DNA of 64,000 bases. It comes from Bugula neritina (taxonomy: Eukaryota > Animalia > Bryozoa). The stretch lies in contig OZ037773.1 of NCBI GenBank assembly GCA_964035545.1, positions 5,795,751 to 5,859,750 of the forward strand, read 5' to 3'. A program made the position numbers and the translations under genes. Within the stretch, counting starts at the first letter, position 1. Every line of letters begins with the position of its first letter. Below, in pieces: positions 29,301-40,808 of the stretch. The notes below the pieces were generated by a model. That model saw nothing but the letters and a program-made list of their open reading frames with translations. It ran no database searches and was not told the DNA's origin.

Positions 29301-32300
29301 ACAATATGCTGTCATATTATTAGTATATTATAATATAATGCAGTATGTTGTCATGTTGTTAGTATATAATAATGATATACTCTATAGCATTCTAGATTTG
29401 TAAATTATATTAAATTCTAAATCAACATCTTACATGAATTTAACAAACATTCACTCTGCAGGTATTACTAGTGTTTATATTGAGGCAAACAGTGTAAGTA
29501 TATGGTATTCAGTTGGGCCACGTCACTAGCTCCTTATAAACATATAAATATAGTGAGGGGCTAAGTACCAGCCAATCATATAGTCAGCTTGGAATTCCAG
29601 GAATATATCCTGTGCTGTATTGGAAGGACAACTCCTTTGTAGATCAATCTAAAGGTACGATGTACTGGTCTCTAATAGACAAGCTGGTGCAGCAGGTAAC
29701 TCTGCAGCAGAAAGACGGGAGTAATCCCGACACGGAAGTGGCGGAGATTGACGTCAACAAAGTAGTGAGGCAGTAAGTAGGCTGAACTGCCCAATCACGT
29801 TAATATCTAACAAATTTTATCCAATTATATCAACTTTAACATTTATTGTGGCTTTAATCGTGTAACATATTGGCAGCAAATATACTAACCGCCAAGTTTA
29901 CGTAACTAAATGTATATTATTTTCTAAATTAACGGCTCAATTCACCAAAATTTTGTTTAATTCCGCTTCTGTTTTATATAACGCCAAATTATAATTTGTG
30001 GTTTTAAACTGCAATTATTTAAGGGACTGTAAATTTTCGTAGAGGGGATAACTCTGTACATGATGCCACATTTTGTTTATAATTTTGATGTTGTAGAAAG
30101 CACTTTTTACTTTACCTTGTATCGACAGTAATATAATATGGTAATGATGCGCGCATTGAACATGTCACATGATATTTCCCGGATATATAATCATCACGTC
30201 TTGGTTATAAAGCTGGGAGTTTGTATAACAAGGAGGGACATTTGTGCAGTATGTGGAGGAATACGCATTTGTGTAGCACTGGTTTGAAACTCCATCCTCG
30301 TAGCTAATGAGTAATTCCTTTATAGCTATGATTTAATATTTGTATAGTATTTGGGTATTACATTTTCTTTGTAGAGTCAACAGCCAGACACTGTCTACTG
30401 TGTATAATAGTTAATGCAGTAATACAATAGAACATGCTAGCACCTAACATCCTGTGACACTTGTACATGACACCTGTACATGCAGTCATGTCAGTGTCAC
30501 CTACTAATATACCAGTCAAGGCTTTGTAACAAACAGTTTACTTAAACAAAAATAAAGAATTATGTTGCATTTGCTGCTAATTATCTCCACTTTTTTGAAT
30601 AGAAATGAAATAATTATACTTCAGATTTTGGGCGAAAACTTCAAAATTATTGGTTATGAAAAAATTTTTTCTTTATGGAGTCTCACTTTCCTACTTACAA
30701 AGCCTTGCTGGACATTGCTTCATCGTATGTGTCATGTTTGGTGAAATAGTTTTACTCTAGAAGCACTCATAGTGTTTGCTCACACATGCATGCATGTTTT
30801 AATCGTCTATCATATATCAAAGGCTTTTCAAATTCCTCTTTTTACTGTATTGTTTTGTATAGTAGTCAAATGGTTTATTAAATAGTTCTTGTATTAGTAG
30901 ATGTCATCTTTTTAAATCTTTAAATTATATATTCATACATTTGTGAGCAAGATGGGTGTTTATAAAGAGTATGTATGCTTAGTGTTGGGTGTGAAGGGGT
31001 AAATAGAACACAGGTAGGCAGGGTTGTCTACTCATAACAGCTATTTCCTCAGTGCTTCAAACACCCCACAAGTTGTTTATATTTCCTCTAAGGCGGCTGC
31101 ATTGTATACTTTGTGTACCATGCTCCTTCGTTTTGGGATTTATCTGGAAAACATCTTGCAAAAGTTGGTATGAATTATAAAGTTTGCTTTTTATTGGTTT
31201 ACGGGTTGTAGTTTCCGGTTGCTAGAGTTTCACTTGTATATGCACACGCATGGTGTTGTTCTCGGGTGTTTAGACATGCCAGTTTATGTTGGTTCATTGG
31301 CAGGTAGGTTTTACCATCGGCAACGGCTGTGCAAAAATATTCTTATCGTTAGTTTTTAGAACTTTATTGGATATCTTTGACACTGAATATCTTTTATCTA
31401 ACAAGTTAAAATACTGTACAAATAATGCTGCCATATTTGATGACTTTGATTAGGATTAAGGAATGTGTATTTCTACGCCGTGCAGGTTAGCCCAGGAGAA
31501 TGAAGTAAAGTCGGCTCAGTCTAAGATACGGGAAGTGCAGAAGGAGAACGATGAGCTGATGAGACAACTCTCAAAGAAGGAGAGAGAATGCGAGGCTAAG
31601 ACCCAGGAGAAAGAGGAAGTTATGCAGGTCAGACTCCTACAGGATTATGGGGACACAATTCCTACATGACCATGTGGACACAATTCCTACAGAATCATGT
31701 GGACACAATTAAAACTGCTTTTAATTTTCTAGCAAATTATATTTTAAGATAAATCAGGTATTTTTTTAATTATTGTTTTATTATATTATTATAAATTTAA
31801 TTTCGAAATTTAATTAATATTCATTTTATGTTTTGTGAGGATTTTATGATAGACTTTGCAGCCACAAAAGTATAACTATTGCTTTCTTTTTTATGAACAA
31901 AAAAGCATCTTTCATGTAGTTTTAATTAGCAAGCTTGTACATATTTACTCGAACTTTAATATAATAAAAGGCGCTATTTTTGTTGCAGACTGTAAATGAT
32001 ATGAAAACGAGGCTAGAAGCACAAACGGCTGAGGTAACACAACTCACGGCCAAGATAAATGAGCTACAAGCGCACCTCCTGGTGGAAAGACAGGAAAAGG
32101 AGAAACTGCAGATATTCGTAAAGTCCGGGAGTTTACCAGACGACACAAAGATGGGGGCCATTGCTCTGCCCACTATACCTCCCCCTCCACCAATGGGAGG
32201 TTTGTAGATCTAGTCTAATGGTTTTAGCTTGAAGTGTTGTACACTATTTTATTAGAACTGTTATGATACTGAGTCAGACATATTCTGTGACTTATTCTTG

Positions 32301-35300
32301 TTGAATTTTGTTTGAATGTTTGTGGAAAAGTTAAATTTGAGCAGTGAAGAAATAGCTTGACAAACACTCTCTGTACTGCATATTGTTTAGTTCCTGTATG
32401 TGAAGCCATATGCATGATTCTTATTGCTGACAATATATTAATTAAGTGCGAGCAGTTATAAACAAAGGCATACGTTTATAAGTTTTATTAGCAATGATTG
32501 CAGTTTTATTTGTGTGTACTATTAGTTTGGTGAGGAACATTGTATTCATATGTCTCATGTGGGTTTAGTGCTCCTTTTGTTTTACAGTATTTACAAAATC
32601 TTATGCTAAAAATAAATTTTGTATCAGTTCTGATCAAATTGAGTTGTATAGTATAAGGTTTGCAGCAAATCCACTATACTTGTTTTCTTGCTAGTGGATG
32701 ATGGGCGCTAATGTCATCTAGATAATTTTTTCTTGTTTTATTACTCTAAAAGATTATAAAAGTCATCAACTGAATATGCTGTTGTCCACTGTAGGTCCAC
32801 CGCCACCACCACCTCCACCCGGTATGGGCCCCCCACCACCACCTCCCCCACCAGGAGCACCTGGTCCTCCTCCCCCTCCTGGAGTTCCCAGTTTCAATGC
32901 TCCACCAAAACAGAAGAAGGTGCCAAAATCCTCCGTTGCCCTCAAATCATTCAACTGGACCAAGTTGCCTCCAGTATGTAACTCTATTTATATCTTGTGC
33001 TGTATGCCTCTCTAAGAATTACAGAAGTCAAATCTACTTCTTTATAACAGGCTACCAATACTCTATGCCACTAATCCTGATACTATTGATTTGTATAAGG
33101 TTGGGTGGCTACACAGTGGATCTCGTACTGTTACATATGCAGAGCTGGTGTAATTCGCTACACATAAATTAGTTATCAATTGAAATAATCTAATAATATA
33201 ATATAATATAATATAATAATTTGGTAATGTGGTAGGAGAAGACAAAAGCTACAGTGTGGGAGAACACAGCAGATGAGAAATTATATGATGAATTAAATCT
33301 CAAGGAATTCTCACAAGTTTTCTCTGCGTATCAGCCTAAGGAGGGAGTAACTCCAGCTGTTGTAGATAATGTTAGCACAAAGACCAAGGTATTGTTTGAG
33401 CACACGCACCCTGTTGGTGCAAATATGCAATATGTTACTAGCTGGAAGACGGAGTTACAATTTACCATAAAATATGTATACACAGTCTTTATTCTCGAAT
33501 GTTTTCTGGTCTTCCTTATTTTACACACAAGTTTAGCTCTTCCAATGGTCATATGCACGGCTTACATGTTTGGAGAAGATGTTTCAAGCTGTTGATGCAT
33601 TCTACTTGAGATAATGTTGTTACGGTGTTGCTGTTTGCAGGAGTTGTCCCTTATTGATGGGCGCCGAGCGCAGAACTGTACTATACTGCTATCTAAACTG
33701 AAGATGAATAACTCAGAGTTGACGAAAGTGAGTTGGAAATTATCTCTAGCTTCGTGGTTTTACCACCAGTCTGATCTCAATGCGATGTTTATCATAAAAT
33801 GCATATAAGGATTATTATCACATGGCTATCTCTTGTTTTTAGGCTATATTTTCTATGGATGACAGTGAGGAGCTGCCTAAAGATATGTGTGAGCAGTTAC
33901 TAAAGTTTGTACCAACTCCAGAAGAAACACAGATGTTGGCAGAGCATGAACACGAAATGGACTCCATGGCGCGGGCAGACAGATTTTTGTATGACATGAG
34001 CAAGTAAGCAGCGCTGACACTTTTATTTATGAGCAAGTGACATCTGTTGACGCTTGCATTCAGGTTGTTGTATGACATGTGCAAGTGACATCTGGTGACA
34101 TTTTTATTCAGGTTGTTGTATGACATGTGAAAGTGATTTCATGTGACATGATCAGCTAAAGCCGTAACCTGAGTTAAAGTAGGTTAACTTCCTGTTACTA
34201 TTATTAGTGTCCTTTATAACGTCAAATTTAGCCGTCACTAAATTGTTTTGTTTTAGAATTCCTCACTACGAACAGAGACTAAATGCGTTGTATTATAAAA
34301 AGAAGTTTTCAGAACGAATCGGGGAAGCAAAGCCTAAAGTATTGGGTAAGCTCCCTATTTTACTGCATCAGTTTTTATTATTTACACTTTTAATTAGAAC
34401 CAATTATAAATCAAGTTGAATGGAAGTCTCAAATACAAGCTGTCATGTTGTGTCTTATTTAACTGCAGATATCTTGGAGGCATGCAAGCAGCTGCAGCTG
34501 TCCAAAAGAATTCGGAAGCTGTTGGAGATAGTTCTGGCCTTTGGTAATTACATGAACAAAGGAAACCGTGGTAATGCGTTTGGCTTTAAGATATCTAGTC
34601 TGAGTAAGATTCAGGACACAAAGTCATCTGCTGACAGAGAAATCACGCTGCTTCACTATTTAGTAGAGCTGTTTGACAAACAGGTGAGATACCAGCGTTG
34701 TCACTTTGTCCCTGAGATAGATAGCTCTTCTACACTCCATTAGTCTATGGCATATGATTATCCCTGACTTTAGAGTTAGGTGTGTAATTAGGTGACATGT
34801 GTGTAGTTTACTGAATAGTGACAAAGTTTTTAATTTTACAGTTTCCTGAAATGGGAAAGTTGGAGAATGAGATTGGAAAAGTGAGAGATGCTGCCAAAGT
34901 AAGGTATGTGCTGCCGATATTTTGTAGCAGCAGCTGGTTTCCCGACCATTTCTAAGCAACATTTCTCAATTTGTAGCCAGCATAGTCCTTATGTTATCCA
35001 TGGAGCAGCTGTGGTCTAGAGGTTAAAGCGGTTTACTTAGTAAACACAAAATAATGGGTTCGAACCTCAACAAAAGGCCATTGGTGATGTTAAGAAGAGC
35101 ACGCAGTCATAATTGCTCCTGTGCCTCATCTGAATAAGTCCTTAGCCTGATTTAACATAAAACCATTTCCATCAAGAGTTCCCAAAGGGATGGCGACTAT
35201 ACACTATGTTCTTCCTTTGATAGAATGCAACTCTCTTCAGCAAAGCTTGCCACAAACTCTTCAAAAGTTATTCTAATTTCACCCATCAGATTATTCCACC

Positions 35301-37533
35301 CCCTCCCTCCCCATGCTTGACATATTTTTACTAAAAAGGCAATAATTCAGTTGTAACATATAAGCTGATAGCACTGTGAGCTGGAGTTGTACTACCATTT
35401 GTCTGGTTCCAGCCTCCCAGAACTGGAGACGGAGGTGAGAAAACTTGGCAAGGAAATGAAAGAGATAGAGAAGGAGATCCTGTACCAGCGAAATCACAAG
35501 ACAGGGAATCCCCACGACAAGTTCACCACTGTAATGGGAGATTTTATTACAGTTGCTAGTTACAAGTTTTCCGAGCTAGATGAGAAGTTCAAGGAGATGC
35601 AGGAAAGAGTAAGTGTCAACTGGTGTGACATAAGTGTCAACTAGTGTGGCATTGTGTTCCAAGATTTTATACATAATTATTCAATAACGGCTGTTTACTC
35701 TATATTATTAAATAGTTTGTGTATATAATAATTAATGTACTTTGTTGGATATATAGTATTTTAATATATAGTATGTCATATACAATGTGTGATGTGTTGT
35801 ATGTTGGAAGACATAATTTTTTATAATATATGCTAAATAGATTATAATAATTATAATATAATGCATTTTTTGTTGCATAGTATGCTATAAAAAGCAATAA
35901 CATAATATGCCGTAAACATATTTTTAATATGGTATGTCATGTGCAATATATGTTGTGCTATATATTATGATAGAAATTTTATGTTATCTGCCACATAACG
36001 TATAACTTATGATGTATATTTTTATTATTTATTATTATTATTATTACATAAAGTGATTTTGTTTCAGTACACAAAAGTCACTCTGCTATTCGCTGAGGAT
36101 CCCAAAAAAATCAACCCAGACGAGTTTTTCGGAGTTTTCGACAACTTCTTGCAGAGTTTGAACGAAGTGGCCGGACAGAACCGACGCAGACAGAAGAAGA
36201 AGGAAGAGGAAGCTAAGAGAGTGAAGATAGAGAGTCAGGTGTGTGTGTGTTATATTGTATAGTATATCTACTGTGTGTTATATTGTGTAGTATAGCTACT
36301 GTGTGTTATATTGTATAGTATATCTACTGTGTGTTATATTGTGTAGTATATATACTGTGTGTTATATTGTATAGTATATCTACTGTGTGTTATATTGTAT
36401 AGTATATCTACTGTGTGTTATATTGTATAGTATATATACTGTGTGTTATATTGTATAGTATATCTACTGTGTGTTATATTGTATAGTATATCTACTGTGT
36501 GTTATATTGTGTAGTATATCTACTGTGTGTTATATTGTATAGTATATCTACTATGTGTTATATTGTATAGTATACCTACTGTGTGTTATATTGTATAGTA
36601 TATCTACTGTGTGTTATATTGTATAGTATATCTACTGTGTGTTATATTGTGTAGTATATCTACTGTGTGTTATATTGTATAGTATATCTACTGTGTGTTA
36701 TATTGTGTAGTATATCTACTGTGTGTTATATTGTATAGTATGTCTACTGTGTGTTATATTGTATAGTATATATTGTGTTATATATTGTGCATTGTAGTTA
36801 CTGTGTATATTGTATCACAGTGTCTATTATATATATGATGATCTATATGGGGTATAAATAGCATATAACACAACATATACTGTAAAACTACAGTAATTTA
36901 TTCTTAAGCTACTCCTTCCAGCTTCTCCCTGTAAACTTTCTATAAACTTCCTATTGCAAGATAAATATTGCAAAAAAATATCTAAGTGAGTTTTTATGAT
37001 GATATAAAAAGGTATTTTTGTTTTTTATTCAAGAAGCTGCGAATGTTTGCATGTGTTCACTGGTTAAACTACAACAAAAAGTTTTATTTGCAGATGAAAG
37101 CAGAGCGAGAGAGGAGAGCCAATGAGAGGAAAGTATCCAAGGTGTCTGGGAAGGGCAACGCCCCTGAGGATCAGGAACCCGGGGGTAAAGGGGAGTTTGA
37201 CGACCTTATTTCAGCCTTGAAGACAGGTAATTCAGTGCTGCTTCTAGTCACTAAATAATCACCATAAGGGGGGGAGGTATTTTGACAGAATAGTGTTCAA
37301 TGGACAAAGTGATTGCTTTGGTTGGAGGAAACTTTTTTAGGTTTCTAAGTTTTCTAATATTTGTGTATTTAGGTGACGTCTATGGAGATGACATAATGAA
37401 GCTGAATAAGAAGGGTGGGCGTAAGAGACCCCAGAGCAGACAGCAGAACTCAGGCAATGCTGACAGCAGTTCTAGTAAACCAGCTTTCAAGTCCAAATAC
37501 GCTCAACCAGTCGTGGGGTCTTATGCATCGTAA
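14363..37533 (+). CDS. DAAM: Dishevelled-associated activator of morphogenesis formin (GBD/FH3-coiled coil-FH1-FH2-DAD), ~1114 aa
   Basis: Exons 14363-14428, [15773-15793], 24766-24868, 25587-25759, 26046-26203, 26521-26656, 27137-27334, 27802-27912, 28317-28487, 28951-29068, 29643-29772, 31486-31627, 31989-32199, 32795-32973, 33236-33388, 33641-33727, 33843-34003, 34257-34345, 34469-34683, 34842-34903, 35413-35608, 36068-36238, 37094-37226, 37373-37533. All GT-AG, phases consistent, total 3345 nt. DAAM-typical peptides: [56 protein letters not shown], poly-Pro FH1, [47 protein letters not shown]. The two exons upstream of 24766 rest on splice signals and phase only. Confidence 0.95.
15773..15793 (+). 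CDS. DAAM: Candidate 21-nt symmetric microexon of DAAM (TWPRFSQ)
   Basis: TTTTTTTCCAG|ACTTGGCCACGTTTTTCTCAG|GTAAGA. Phase 0-0, matching flanking exons 14363-14428 and 24766-24868; no stop codon. Confidence 0.65.
16006..16088. repeat. 24-bp tandem repeat, ~3.5 copies
   Basis: Unit ATTACCCACAAATCTTAGCAAACT. Confidence 0.85.
16985..17287 (+). promoter_or_regulatory. Candidate alternative DAAM promoter and non-coding first exon
   Basis: Locally CpG-rich patch, GGGGGTATAAAAG TATA box at ~17074-17086, strong donor A|GTAAGT at 17282. Confidence 0.4.
19038..19179 (-). mobile_element. SINE family A, 5'-truncated copy
   Basis: Shares AAAAAACTCAC..ATAGT.GCCATC..TTGTTAAAT..GGAGCAATTATGACTGGATGCTCTTCCTAAC.TCACCA with the copies at 40246 and 53382; lacks the tRNA head. 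Confidence 0.85.
21330..21372. repeat. (CAG)n trinucleotide tract in DAAM intron
   Basis: Directly visible; no flanking splice signals supporting an exon. Confidence 0.85.
22833..22850 (+). CDS. Candidate alternative first coding exon of DAAM (MEFNYK)
   Basis: ATGGAGTTCAATTATAAG|GTAATT ends in phase 0, compatible with the acceptor at 24766; preceded by a CpG-containing patch at ~22430-22770. Confidence 0.4.
27470..27642. repeat. (TCAC/TCAA)n tetranucleotide microsatellite
   Basis: Directly visible; produces the spurious SLTH ORF. Confidence 0.95.
35007..35210 (+). mobile_element. SINE family A (tRNA-Thr-like head), full length
   Basis: A box TGGTCTAGAGG, TAGTAAAC anticodon arm, B box GGTTCGAACC, then a body that is the reverse complement of the other three copies. 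Confidence 0.85.
36245..36772. repeat. 28-bp minisatellite, ~19 copies, starting at a DAAM splice donor
   Basis: Unit GTGTGTTATATTGTATAGTATATCTACT. Confidence 0.97.
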
Positions 37534-39471
37534 TTGTCTCATGAGAAGTTATCTACCCTCATCAAATCAATGTACATACTAAGTTGTATTATCAGCCGAT
37601 ACATTTCATCATTATCACTAATCTGTGGTCAAGGAAGGAAACTTTATTTGCAAGATTAGAATTGGGCTTGAATTTTATTTCTGCAAGAAATTCTTTGGAC
37701 AATGTTACAGATGCGAGGGTAGTTGCATGTTGTTGAAATTGTTAGACAATATCATTTATAGTTTACAATTATCGTTAATATTTTTATACATAGTTATCTA
37801 ATTTTATCAAAGAAAACAGATTTGTACATACTTTAGTTTTTGAATTTGTTTTTAAAGTCTAGTACAATACAGCACAGCTAATATATTCTGATAAATATAG
37901 CATACAGTAACCTACGCAACTTTATCACATGTTTTTTTCACTTAAAGTAAACATAAATATTGTATTTATATTTTGATGTGCCACATAGGCTACGTATTGT
38001 GTTAGTGCAGTGCTTTATATATGAACTTAATACAAACCATTTAGGGTTGGGGCGCAGTACCACTCCCCCTACTATGTTATACTAATCTCATGGTGCTCAC
38101 ACTCTTGCTTAGTTTTCATGGTTTTTCTTACTTTTGCTTCAATCACACTTTATACATACTTTACCAGTTTTGTAAGTTATTACGTTTAATAAATTTGTTT
38201 CTATACATTGTTCCAAGACAATATGCGTACTTAATCAAGGGGGGGGGGGTTATTCCCAGCTTTAGACTGAGTATCAAGGTAATCAGATTGCATGGACCAA
38301 GTGGTTTTAGTCAAAACATTCTATTGGCATAACTTACTTGTATAAGAAGAGAAAAGTCTAGCACTATTTGTAAATAAATAAATATATTGTATCTGGTATG
38401 ATGACATAATTTAGTTTCTAAAGTTCAAGATCACATAAAGCACATTTGTGTTGGAACCATCAAACTGCTCCATGGCTACCTTGACACAAAACATTCGATT
38501 TCACATCCACTGAGTTCTCTAGCTCCGTGAAGTCTCCAGCTGTGCTAGGGGTATGCTCTAAGGGACACAACTCATACTACTCAACATTGTATGTTTTCCT
38601 TGCACAGAGACACCTGTGTGTTACATCACTGGTTTATTCCTGTTGTTTAAATAAAAAGCCGAGACTGCACATTGCTGCATCCTACAACTAACTGCAATAT
38701 CATTGTTATTTATACATTTGGTGGTCATGTGATGCATTTCATACATGGCAACTATAATCTATAACGTAATTAGATGGGTTTCACAGGCTCATGAAATCAG
38801 CTAACTCCAAAAGGAAACTGTAATAACAGACATACTTGATGTTTTTAACTGGATGTTTTGTTTTAGTCAATATTTTGCTTATCCAATAAAAACAGAGATT
38901 AAAAATGTTCCTCATGCAGCTCACTTGTTAAATAAAGCTTTGAGTAAAGGGTAAGAGTATATAAATTAGGTAAGGGTATACACATAGCTAAGGGTTATAT
39001 ACGGTAGGCAGTAACTCGTACAATCTCTAAAAACAAATTGTTGCGCTACTCTTTGTACTATTTAACGGCATAGTTAACGTGCTCTGTGCACAATAAAACA
39101 TATTTATCTGCACAATCTCTGTAGAAGAAACATAATTTTGATGCCATGAGAAGTTATTAAAAACTGTTATCAAAGTTACTTTTGAGTAGAACTCAAAATC
39201 AATCAACAAGCTTTCAGCAGTTCATCTTAGTTTAACAACTTTGATCAGATTTTGTAATAACGTCAGCATATCCTTTGAAGCCCAATCTTAATGCAATGCT
39301 TTGAATCAGTTTCATCAAATCTTTTCTGAAAACACTTCAAAACAGAAAACTTTAATTAAACATATGCTTGCTTTGTCAAGTTCAAGCATATAACATTTAT
39401 ACATATTTTCATGTTAGAGTAAACCTTGTAAAACTGAAAGATCTTAGCTTGGCTTAAAGAAGTAGAAAAAA

Positions 39472-40808
39472 ATGAAACTTTTAAATTTAAATCTGTTTTA
39501 TGGTTTTCTTTGTTTGAAAGATTTGAGCGGCGGTTCTATAAAGATATGCTGCCCTGAAGGATGGGTGGAACATAGCAGCACCTGCTATAAGTACCACAAA
39601 GAGAAAGTGCATTTTGCTGCAGCTTCTAGCGAGTGTTCCAAAGAAAATGCTGTGCTAACTTCCATACGCTCCCCATCAACACTTTCTTTCCTACTTGACT
39701 GGCTACAAGACACATGCAGTAAGTTGAGAATTTAGCAGCTCCCGACAGGCATGTATCCTATCTAATAAATTAATTGTTTATTTCTTTTATTACAGCATCA
39801 CCTTTATTGTAATCTCTCAAAACTTTCAAAACAAAAACAATAAAGGAAATAAAGATGGCAAAACGAAAATGAAAGTATTTTGCCGTTACATTGTTATTTT
39901 TCAAACAGGTAAATGTAGGGCGGTGCACATCGGCATATCTGGTGACGAGGAGCATGCCCGATGGATAGACAACAATGTCTCGCTGTCGGAGACGTACCAC
40001 CCTGAACTGAGTGATCAAGATCATAGCCATGCTTACGCAAAGCCGGAGTGGAGGCTGATGCTGACCGAAAAAGGGACATTAGACTTTCACCAAGACAATA
40101 GGTTGTCCTTCATATGTGCCAAACCTTCTTTTTGTTCTGACAACAATGGTTAGTGTTATATGTCTACCTCTTATATTTATTATGGAGCACTTCCTTCCAA
40201 TAACATGTTTTAGCTTTCTACTATTTTCAATACATTGTTGTAATAAAAAAACTCACAAAAGTCTATAGTCGCCATCCCTGTGAGAAACCCCTGATGGAAG
40301 GGTTTTTTGTTAAATTGAGCTAAGTACTTATTCATATGATGTACAGGAGCAATTATGACTGGATGCTTTTCCTAATACCACCAATGGCCTTTACTGGGGT
40401 TCTAACCCATGACTTCGTGTTTACTAGGCCAACACTAGACCCCTAGACCACGGTTGTAATACATCATGTGATATTACAGTAAAAGACACCACAGCACCTA
40501 GTCCAGTAATTTCTGAGAATACAGAGGAAAGCAGATCAGATATTGGCTGCATAGAGACCTTGAAGCCAACTGGGCATTATCGATTTGTCATCGTTAAGAA
40601 GTGTGACAGCTTCTCCAGTTATCGGGAATTCTTATTTGAAAAAGGGAATGTGTCTAGCATTATAGAAAAATGTGCTTTCCTCTGTGTGAAACAGCAAAAG
40701 TGCTGTGGATTTCATCTGAGTCTACCTAACAAATGCCAGTTGCTTAACAATGCTGCACCAGGACAAACTGGTAGCATTAGAAACTGTTATCTAAAGTCAC
40801 AAAATTAA
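39472..40808 (+). CDS. C-type lectin-like domain + PAN/apple domain protein (3 exons; start uncertain)
   Basis: Exons 39472-39718, 39909-40148, 40480-40808 (phase 1 junctions, GT-AG). CTLD: CPEGW....STCY, A..EC....A.LTSI, HIGI, RWID, SFICAK. PAN-like: KCAFLCVKQQKCCGFHL...KCQLL..CYLK. AATAAA near 40988. Position 39521 could be an acceptor for an unidentified upstream exon. Confidence 0.75.
40246..40452 (-). mobile_element. SINE family A, full length, in lectin gene intron 2
   Basis: Head reads CCGTGGTCTAGGGG..CTAGTAAACACG..GGGTTAGAACCCC on the minus strand; flanked by direct repeat GTTGTAATA (40237-40245 / 40453-40461). Confidence 0.9.

Noticed and set aside
31212-31303. AG/GT-bounded 92-nt segment in DAAM intron
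   Set aside because: Phases are incompatible with the flanking phase-2 junction.
31922-35515. Minus-strand ORFs overlapping DAAM exons (Gly-rich etc.)
   Set aside because: Antisense shadows of real exons.
36245-36772. Regular 28-bp array as CRISPR
   Set aside because: No spacers, eukaryotic intron, no cas genes.
38867-38950. Open AG/GT-bounded segment as upstream lectin exon
   Set aside because: Its open frame ends in phase 2, but the acceptor at 39521 needs phase 1.
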